Source of the DNA: Octopus vulgaris
Taxonomy: Eukaryota
Direction: 5' to 3'
Assembly: GCA_951406725.2 (NCBI GenBank)
Contig: OX597827.1
Location: 72,354,001-72,418,000 of the forward strand
DNA length: 64,000 nt
The notes beneath the pieces are model-generated. The model saw nothing but the letters and a program-made list of their open reading frames with translations. It was not told the DNA's origin and did not search any database. The translations under genes were made by a program, and so were the position numbers. Numbering within the stretch: position 1 is the stretch's first letter; each line of letters starts with the position of its first letter. Below are positions 26,681-64,000 of this stretch, piece after piece.

Positions 26681-28082
26681 ACATACATATGTATCTGTGA
26701 ATCAAAACCATTCCAGACATGACCATCTCCTTTTTTTTTAACCCATTAACATTCAGGTTACTCTGTGAAATGTATTGCTTATTCATTTGCATCATTTTGA
26801 ACCAATTATTTCCTCTGCCTTAGTGAAGATGGAAGTATTGTTTTCAGTTGTGTTTGTTTGTTTGACCGTGAAGAAGATATCTCAAGAACCGCTGGTTCGG
26901 TTTGGATGAAACTTTCAGGGATGCTTGGCCTCACAACTGGTACGAACTGATTAGACTTTGGGATCGATCCAGTTCCAGACAAGGATTCTAGATTATTTTT
27001 CCTGTATTTTTTTTGCTTAATTTTTGAGTGCGGTTGGGTTCATTTTTAGTATTCTCGTTTGTGAGAATAGTCGAGTTTATTTCAGATATTCTCATTTTAA
27101 AAATCATCTCTGGCTAATCGTTGAGAGGACATTGGTGTTGCCTTGGCGGAGGTTTGCGTTCTCTGAGTGTTCTTGTTTCACATTGTTTTGTAGCTTCAAG
27201 ATTTCAATGTTGTGTTTGCATATCTGTAGAATGATGTTGTAGGGTTGGTTTGAGAGGTTGGATCTGGTTGGGTTTTAACATGAAACATGTGAAATATTTG
27301 GACTGGATATTCTTTTATTCTTTTATCTGTTTCAGTCATTTGACTGTGGCCATGCTGGAGCACCTCCTTTAGTCAAGCAAATCAACCCCAGGACTTATTC
27401 TTTGTAAGCCTAGTACTTACTTATTCTATCGGTCACCTTCGCCAAACTGCTAAGTTTCGGGGATGTAAACACATCACCATCGGTTGTCAAGCGATGTTAG
27501 GAGGGACAAACACAGACACACACACATATACACAAACACTTTCAGTTTCTGTCTACCAAATCCACTCACAAGACTTTGGTTGGCTCGAGGCTATAGTAGA
27601 AGGCACTTGCCCAAGGTGCCATAAGTGGGACTGAACCTGGAACCATGTGGTTGGTAAGCAAGCTAATTATCACACAGCCACTCCTGGTCAGATTAAATGC
27701 GAAAGGGTGAATATATCTACGACCACATTGTCTAACTTGCTCTTCCTTCCTTTATTTTAGTATAGCGAGATTTGACTTCTATTTCTTGATATCAAGAGGT
27801 TCCTTGAAGGTCCCTTTACCAGCTTTTATTGACTAGTTTTAAAGTTGAGGGGTTTAGTAGGTAGTATTGAACCCCTAGGCTGTAAGGTGGCGAGCTGGTA
27901 GAATCATTAGCATGCCGGGTGAAATGCTTAGCGGTATTTTGCCTGTCTTTACATTCTGAGTTCAAATTCCGCTGAGGTCGACTTTACCTTTCATCCTTTC
28001 GGGGTCAATTAAATAAGTACCAGTTGCGCACTGGGGTTGATATAATCGACTTAATCCGTTTTTCCTCTCTATGTTTTTTAAA

Positions 28083-28400
28083 GACTCCGCCGGTTACGAC
28101 GACGAGGGTCCCAGCTGATACGATCAACGGAACAGCTTGCTCGTGAAATTAACGTGCAAATGGCTGAGCATTCCACAGACACGTGTACCCTTAACGTAGT
28201 TCTCGGGGATAATCAGCGTGACACACAGAGTGACAAGGCTGACCCTTTGAAATACAAGTACAACTCATTTTTGCCAGCTGAGTGGACTGGAGCAACGTGA
28301 AATAAAGTGTCTTGCTCAAGGACACAACGCGTCGCCGGGAATCGAACTCACAACCTTACAATTATGAGCCGAATGCCCTAACCACTAAGCCACGCGCCCT
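28083..28400 (-). mobile_element. Third tRNA-derived SINE family, here nested in a Meta-like SINE; copies near 36230-36478 and 55192-55516
   Basis: Head ggcgcgtggcttagtggttagg...gttcgattccc, then gtgtccttgagcaagacactt. Confidence 0.8.
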
Positions 28401-28943
28401 CACTCTCTATGTTTAGCCTCTTGTGGGTAGTAAAGAAATAGGTATTTCATCCGTCTTCATGTTCTGAGTTCAAATTCCGCCGAGGTCGACTTTGGCGGGC
28501 GATTAAATAAAGTACCAGTTATGCACTAGGGTTTATGTAAATGACTTAATCCCTTTGTTTGTCCCGTCTATGTTTAGCCCCTTGTGGGCAATATAGAAAT
28601 AAATATTGAACCCCAGTATTTCATTGGCACTTCTTATTTATCTGGTCCCAGAACGATACAATGTAGAAGTCAGTTCCTAGTAAGGTTTGAACTTGGGGTA
28701 CAATGTAAAAAAAGTAATGTCATAGCAACCAAACAGGAAACCAGGCAATAAGCAAAGACATTTTGTGTTTCACCACCATCGGCACCACCACCACCACCAC
28801 TACGGGCCACCACCACACCACCCACCTCCCCTGGACAGGACAGACACTCCACCCCACCCCACCCATCGTCTCTGCCATTCACTGCTATGATAATAATAAT
28901 AACAACAATAACAATAATGATAATAATAGTAATAATGATGATG

Positions 28944-28995
<52 letters not shown>

Positions 28996-29366
28996 TGATG
29001 ATGATGATGATGGTACAATAAATAAGTAAAGTTAAATATGCTTGATGGAACAAAAGCTTCTCTTATCTTTAAATGGCAGCAGAAACCAGGATGTTGGTAG
29101 CTTCTGCTAACCTGCTGCCTCCTTCACCCACCAGCAACCATATGTTCCATCATCATCATCATCATCATCGTCATCATCGTCATCGTCGTCGTTGTCATCA
29201 TAGTCGTTGCCATCATCGTCATCAACTTGATCATCCTCATCATTGTCATTACCACCATCCTCACCACCACCACCACCACCACCACTACCACCACCATCCT
29301 CACCACCACCACCACCACCACCATCATCACCATCATCACCACTGCTGCGGTTGCTGCTGCTGCAGT

Positions 29367-29425
<59 letters not shown>

Positions 29426-29426
29426 T

Positions 29427-29483
<57 letters not shown>

Positions 29484-29590
29484 AACTACTACTACCACCA
29501 CCACCACCACCACTACCATCACCACTACCACTACCACCACCACCACCACTACTGCTGCGGCTGCTACTACTACTGCTGCTGCTGCTGCTG

Positions 29591-29638
<48 letters not shown>

Positions 29639-30324
29639 GTATTACCGCCACCACCACTACCTCCAACAACATTATTCGCAGTTGCAGCACTATTACTACT
29701 ACCATCACCATCACCATCACCACCACCACTATCCCCATCGTCGTCGTCGTCTTCATCATTACCATCATCATCGTTGTTGTCATTACCGCCACCACCGCCA
29801 CCATCCACCACCACCACCACCACCACCACCACCACCAGCACCATCGTCACTCCTGTTTCTTTAATATCTCTGTTATTAACATTATCATCTCCTCTTCTTT
29901 CTCTCCCTCCCCACCACCACCACCACCACCACCACCACCCCTGCTACCTCCACACTTCTACTATAAGTCTGACACCACTGCCAAACAACAACAACAACAG
30001 TAACAGCAACAACAAGGCCAAAGAGAGGTACCGACCGCCACCCAAATATTGCTGCTGTTGTCTCCATCACATACCCAGTTATTATCACCACCACCACCAC
30101 CGCCGCCGCCGCCGCCGCCACCACCACCACCATGGTTTCTACCACTACTGTTTCCACCATCGCCGCTGCCGCCTTCGCCTCTGCCACCACCACCACCACC
30201 GCCATCATCACGAAAGACGAACTCATTTTGGTCTCTCTCTCTCTCTCTCTCAAACTGCTAGAAATACTGACCGAATCTACCTCAAATGATATCCTAGCAT
30301 CTTAGATAATTGGATATTGTAATT

Positions 30325-31068
30325 GTGCATTAAAAGATGTGATGGTCACAGGTGGAATGTCTTTAATCATAAGTGTCTACTCAATCACGAATGACCTAGG
30401 GCTAAAACAACAACAACGTGCATTAAAAGATGTGATGGTCACAAGTGGAATGTCTTTAACCATAAGTGTCTACTCAATCAAGAATGACCTAGGGCTAAAA
30501 CAACAACAACATGCATTAAAAGATGTGATGGTCACAAGTGGAATGTCTTTAACCATAAGCGTCTACTTAATCAAGAATGACCTAGGGCTAAAACAACAAC
30601 AACGTGCATTAAAAGATGTGATGGTCACAAGTGGAATGTCTTTAACCATAAGTGTCTACTCAATCAAGAATGACCTAGGGCTAAAACAACAACAACATGC
30701 ATTAAAAGATGTGATGGTCACAAGTGGAATGTCTTTAACCATAAGCGTCTACTTAATCAAGAATGACCTAGGGCTAAAACAACAACAACATGCATTAAAA
30801 GATGTGATGGTCACAAGTGGAATGTCTTTAACCATAAGCGTCTACTCAATCAGGAATGACCTAGGGCTAAAACAACAACAACATGCATTAAAAGATGTGA
30901 TGGTCACAAGTGGAATGTCTTTAATCATAAGTGTCTACTCAATCAGGAATGACCTAGGGCTAAAACAACAACAACATGCATTAAAAGATGTGATGGTCAC
31001 AAGTGGAATGTCTTTAACCATAAGCGTCTACTTAATCAAGAATGACCTAGGGCTAAAACAACAACATG
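30325..31068. repeat. 93-bp minisatellite, about 8 copies
   Basis: gcattaaaagatgtg recurs at 30327, 30420, 30513 and onward. Confidence 0.95.
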
Positions 31069-31848
31069 ACTTCTACCATCACAGTTCCTACCCCACCACT
31101 AATAACTTAAGCTAATGAAGGAGTCACTATGTGGTTGCCCAACCAGCTAGAAATAGCAGCTAAGATTACACTTGCCTGCAGGGATTCCTTTATTCTTTTA
31201 CATGTTTCAGCTGTTTGACTGTGGCCATGCTGGAGCACCGCCTTTAGTCGAACAAATCGACCCCAGGACTTATTCTTTGTAAGCCTAGTACTTATTCTAT
31301 CGGTCACTTTTGCCGAACTGCTAAGCTACGGGGACATAAACACACCAACATCGGTTGTCAAGCGATGGTGGCGGAGACAAACACAGATACACAAACACCC
31401 CCACCCGACATATATATATATATATATATATATACAATGGGCTTCTTTCAGTTTCCATTTACCAAATCCACTCACAAGGCTTTGGTCGACCCGAGGCTAT
31501 AGCAGAAGACACTTGCCCATGATACCATGCACTGGGACTGAACCTGGAACCATGTGGTTGGGAAGCAAGCCACTTACCACACAGCCACGCGTCCACCTAA
31601 CCATTTTTTGTCTACTTGTTTTTTTTTTTTTTACTTGTTTCTGTCATTTGACTGCAGCCATGCTGGAGCACTGGTTTGAAGGGTTTTAGTTGAACAAATT
31701 GACCCCAGGATTTATTTTTAAGCCTAGTACTTACTCTGTTGGTCTCTTTTACTGAACTGCTAAGTCACTGGGATGTAAACATACCAACACTAGTTGTCAA
31801 GTGGTGGTGGTGGTGGTGGTGGTGGTGGGGGTCAAGCACATGCAGATA

Positions 31849-31909
<61 letters not shown>

Positions 31910-31913
<4 letters not shown>

Positions 31914-32550
31914 TCATCATCATCGTTTAACGTCCGTTCTCCATGCTAGCATGGGTTAGACGGTTCGACCGGGGATCTGGGAAGCCAGAAGGCTGCACCA
32001 GGCTCCGGTCTTATCTGGCAATGTTTCTACAGCTGGATGCCCTTCCTAACGCCAACCACTCCGTGAGTGTAGTGGGTGCTTTACGTGCCACCTGCACTGG
32101 TGCCAGGCGAGGCTGGCATCGGCCACGGTCGGATTGGTGCATTTTACGTGCCACCTGCACGGAAGCCAGTCGAGGCATCATTATCATCATCATCGTTTAA
32201 CGTCCGTTCTCCATGCTAGCATGGGTTGGATGGTTTGACTGAGGTCTGGAGAGCCAGCAGCTGCACCAAGCTTCAATCTGATCTGGCAATGTTTCTACAG
32301 CTGGATGCCCTTCCTAACGCCAACCACTCTGAGAGTCTAGTGGGTGGTTTTTACATGCCACTGGCTCAGGAGCCAGTCAGAGGGCACTGGTATCGATCAC
32401 GTTCGGATAGTGCTTTTTACATGCCACTGGCAGCGGTGGGGGGCACTTAGTGAATACTGGCATCGGCCACGTTCGGATGGTGCTTTTTACATGCCACCAG
32501 CACAGGAACCAGTCAGTTGAACTTGGCATCGATCATGTTTGGATGATGCT
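31910..32550 (-). mobile_element. SINE family ending in (GAT)n, two adjacent copies; others near 2090-2350, 33235-33455, 45490-45840, 48640-49130, 63720-63900
   Basis: Shared ggttggcgttaggaagggcatccagctgtagaaac and ccatgctagcatgg...gttaaacgatgat. Confidence 0.75.
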
Positions 32551-33453
32551 TTTTATATAGGCTTCTTTCAGTTTTCGTCTACCAAATCCATTCACAAGGC
32601 TTTGGTCAACCTGAAGCTATAGTAGAAGACACTTGCCCAAGGTGCCATCCAGTGGAACTGTTTTCAAGCAAAGTGATATTTACTCCAAGGCCAGACATGT
32701 TTTCACAGAGGATTGAAAACACAGGACCATGCTCACATGAAGGTGATAGTTGGATATTTGTTTACAGCTATCACACAGTGTGAAGATAAGAAGACAGCAT
32801 CATACACACACACACACACACACACAGAGTATATGCATACATATATGGTGAACTCTCCTGATGAAGATGATGTATGATTTATCTGTAGTGGATCAAATGC
32901 ATGGCTATACATACATGCCTACATGCATACTTTAGTTCATTCCCTCCATTAAATCGATGTTGTCTGAACAGGTGCACAGTGTGCCATGTGCCAGGTGTCG
33001 AAGTGATCACAGAGCAACGTGAGGTGAAGTGTCTTGCTCAAGAACAGAACACTCCTCCCGGTCTAGGAATTGAAACCACGATCTCGTGATCGTGAATACA
33101 ACACTCTAACCGCTGGGCCATGTGCCCATGTGCCCTCACATACATACATATACATATATACACACACACATATATATGCTAGCATGGAAAGCGGACGCTA
33201 AATGATGATGGTGATATATATATATATATATCATCATCATCAGCATCCGCTTTCCATGCTAGCATGGGTTGGACGGTTCAACCGGGGTATGGGAAGCTAG
33301 AAGGCTGCACCAGGCCCAGTCTGATCTGGCAATGTTTCTACGGCTTGATGCCCTTCCTAACGCCAACCATTCCGTGAGTGTAGTGGGTGCTTTTTACGTG
33401 GCACGGAGGCCAGGCGAGGCTGGCAATGGCCACAATCGGATGGTGCTTTTTAT

Positions 33454-33495
<42 letters not shown>

Positions 33496-34641
33496 TAGAT
33501 AGATAGATATACATTTACTTACATACATACATATATACATACAGGCATACAGATACATACATACATGCATACATGCATGCATACATACATACACACATAC
33601 ATATATATATACATGCATGCATATATACATACATACATACATACATACACCCATGTATATACAATAGGCTTCTTTCAGTTTCCATCTATGAATCCACTCA
33701 CAAGGTTTTGATTGAAAAACACTTGCGTTGAGGTGCCATGGAGTGGAACTGAACCCCAAACCATCTCTCTTGCAGAGCAGGCCTTCTTAACCACACAACT
33801 GTGCCTTCCGATGTGCAACAAGTTAACTGGGTGCTACAGGTCCCCCACCCCGTCTCACCATAGAATGGCTACCACCATCACTAACACTACTCTCACTGCT
33901 GCTACCACTACAACCAGAACTACGCTACTGCCACCACCGCCACCACAACCGTTGCCGCTGCCACCACTACCACCACCACCACTACCACCACCACTTCTGC
34001 CATCACAATTATCACCAACACCCACCACCATTACCATCATCATCACAACCGCAACCACATCCAATACCAGTAGTAACAGCAACACCAATACCCTTTGCTC
34101 GGTCACTAGAAACACCACCACCACCACCAACACCACCACCAACAAACCCCACCACCACCACCACCACCACCATCATCACCTCAATAACAAAAGACAAGAT
34201 ATTTAACTTCTAATTGTTTGTTCCTTCTCATTATCTTTAATGGCTTCCTTGGTATATATGTGCGTGTGTGTATATATATGTATATATATATATATATATA
34301 TATGTGTATGTATGTATGTATGCGTGTATGTATGCGTGTATGTGTGTATATATGTGTGTATGTATGTTTGTATGTGTGCATGTGTGTGTGTGTGTATATG
34401 TATATATATATATATATTTATATATACACATACATACATATCTATATCTATACACATACACACACACATATATACACATACACACACATATACACACACA
34501 CATGGACACATACATACTTTAGGTATGTTATGTATGTATGTATCTATATATATATATATCTATATTTGTCTATCTACACAAGCACACTAGCATGCACGCA
34601 CACACATTCACATATATGTGTATATATGTATATATATATAT

Positions 34642-34737
<96 letters not shown>

Positions 34738-35687
34738 GTATATATATATGTATATATATCAGTGTCCAAATATGTGTTAGAGAATGGAAATGGATAGTTA
34801 GATGGAGTGAAAGAGCAAGAAGGAGAGATAGGGAGATAGGAAGAGAGAAAGAGAGAGAGAAAGAGAGTGAGAGAGAGAAAGAGAGAGAGAGAGAGAAGCA
34901 AGTGAAATGTCATCCTAAGTGAATGTCAGCCAAGAGTTAGACCAAGAAGAAAGAGGGCAAAGATGTTATAGTAGTGCTACGTAGGACAATGAGGGGGGGT
35001 AGACGGGTGGTGGGTGAGGGTGCAGGTCTGGGTGCGGGGGTGGGGGGTGGGAGAACCTTGGCTTTCATTTTGTTTTCGCTGATCTTCCTTGTTTCTTACT
35101 AGGGTTGAGAATACCATCATCATCTTCATCATGAACACCACCACCTCCACCACCACCATCAACACCACCACCACCACCACGACCACCATTAGTCACTATC
35201 GTAACCATTGCTGCTGCTGCCGCCACCACCAACGCCGCCGCCACCACCACAACCACAAGTACAAGTATCACACTCACCACCACCATCAACACCAGCACCA
35301 CCATCAGTCACTATCTTAACCATTGTTGCCGTTGCCGCCGCCACCACCACCACCACCACCACCACCACCACCATCACCACTATCACACCACCACCACCAC
35401 CACCACTACCACCACCACCACCATCACCATCACCGCCAATACCCTCATCACCACAAACAACCCACACCCACCCACCCAATCACCACCACCACCACCACCA
35501 CCACCACCACCACCACCACCACCATCACACCCACCACCACTACCACCACCACCACCACCACCACCACCGTTATCACCTCACCATTATTCTACTTATAAAA
35601 ACAAGCAAGTAACAAAAGCCAAAAAGAGAAAAAAAAGATTTCATTAAGCTAAAAAAAAAAAAAGCAAAAAAAAACATCAGTCAATAA

Positions 35688-35693
35688 TTTATT
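35688..35693 (-). terminator. Candidate HECTD2 polyadenylation signal AATAAA
   Basis: AATAAA about 205 nt after the stop, followed by a GT/T-rich downstream tract (about 35650-35677); other AATAAA hexamers lie closer to the stop. Confidence 0.5.
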
Positions 35694-35897
35694 TCTGTAT
35701 CAATTAAATCTGTTAAGTTACAAGAAAATATATTTGAACGACCACTGGTCAGTGGTTTATTATGAATCCACTATTTTTTAAGCTACAGGAAAATATATTT
35801 GTACAGCCACCGCTTGCTTGTTTTATTGTGACTTTGCTAGTTTTTGTTAAGTTACAAGAAAATAGTTCTGGTTGGCCATGGGTCACTGGATCACTGA

Positions 35898-62956
<27,059 letters not shown>

Positions 62957-63115
62957 CTGGGTGAAGAATACAAAAAATAGAAAACACAGATTAAGGGTCA
63001 TATTTATCTGTGTGTGTGTGAGTGTGTGTGTGTGTGTGAGAGTGAGTGTGTGTGTGTGAGTGTGTGTGAGTGTGTGTGAGTGTGTGTGTGAATGTGCGTG
63101 TGTGAGTGTGTGTGA

Positions 63116-63152
<37 letters not shown>

Positions 63153-63450
63153 TGAATGTGTGTGTGTGTGTGTGTGTGTATCTCTTCTCTACTTTTATAA
63201 AAAGCAAAGTTTGTTTGTGTGTTGACCGCTGAAAACACTAAACAAAATTGATAAAATTTCAGGTTTTTCGTGTTGTTTAAATTGATTTGATCATTTTGCA
63301 GATAACTGTGCATCATCATCATCAACATCATCATCATCATCATCATTGTCGTCGTTGTCGTTGTCATCATCATAATTGTCATCATCATCATCATCGTTGT
63401 TATCTCCGTTGTCGTTGTTGCCGTCGTTGTCATCGTCGTCATCATAATTG

Positions 63451-63484
<34 letters not shown>

Positions 63485-64000
63485 TGTTGCCATCGTCGTT
63501 GCCATCATCATAATTGTCATCATCATCATGATCGTCATCATTGTTGTTGTCATCGTCGTTGTCATCATCGTCATCATAATTGTCATCATCATCATCATCG
63601 TCGTCGTCATCATCATCATCGTCGTCATCATCATCGTCGTCGTTGTCATCATCATCATCATTACCACCACCACCACCACCACCACCACCACCACCACCAC
63701 TACCACAACCACTACCGTCATTATCATTTAACATTCGTTTTCCATACTGGCATGGGTTGGGACGGCTTGACAGGAACTGGCAAGACCAGGGGCCAGGAGC
63801 CACACCAGGTTCTATAGTCAGTCTTGGCTCCGTTTCTACAGCTGGAGGCCCATCCTAATGCCAAGCATTTTACAGAGTATACCGTGTGCTTTTCACATGG
63901 TGCCAACACTTTATGCGGCACCATCACCGATGATGACCACAGAAACAACATACCAGTAATAACAATCAGAATTGGCATCACAGCCCTTCTCACACTTTGG

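Noticed and set aside
28670-30289. Long overlapping ORFs (up to 348 aa) of poly-His/Thr/Pro/Val
   Set aside because: Open in most frames because CAC/TAC/CAT triplet repeats lack stops; no coding signature. The same applies to ORFs at 9173-9894, 33712-35612, 43755-44436, 44660-45220 and 62960-63858, apart from the embedded HECTD2 exons.
30325-31068. CRISPR-like appearance of the regular tandem arrays (also 59455-60108, 14828-15025)
   Set aside because: No unique spacers, no cas genes, eukaryotic context.
30339-31115. 258-aa ORF with 31-aa repeats
   Set aside because: Translation of a 93-bp SINE-derived minisatellite; no splice or expression evidence.

Overview
Eukaryotic, AT-rich, microsatellite- and SINE-dense DNA; the repeat families and intron style point to an octopus (cephalopod) genome (inference). 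Two protein-coding genes converge. (1) On the minus strand are the last 15 coding exons (62956 to 35898, about 554 aa, 5' part outside the window) of a HECTD2-type HECT E3 ubiquitin ligase, assembled by hand with consistent splice phases and an intact catalytic HTCFN motif. One of its introns (45383-46480) is a minor-spliceosome (U12-type) GT-AG intron. (2) On the plus strand is an uninterrupted 513-aa ORF (18988-20529) of unknown function with Gly/Cys- and His-rich tracts. Nearly all other ORFs in the track are translations of simple repeats or SINEs. The main unexpected signal is a set of about a dozen minimal type I hammerhead ribozyme motifs carried by short Penelope-like or retrozyme-like repeats. 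They include a tandem-plus-inverted triplet at 1082-1263, a canonical-core copy at 50561-50602, and two unrelated copies with the compensatory U3-A8 core, one lying in sense orientation in the HECTD2 pre-mRNA (57035-57077). Also present: Helitron, hAT, piggyBac-type and Tc1/mariner non-autonomous elements, Tx1/L1, RTE and Penelope ORF remnants, a tRNA-Gly pseudogene and several minisatellites. All calls are by eye; no searches were run.
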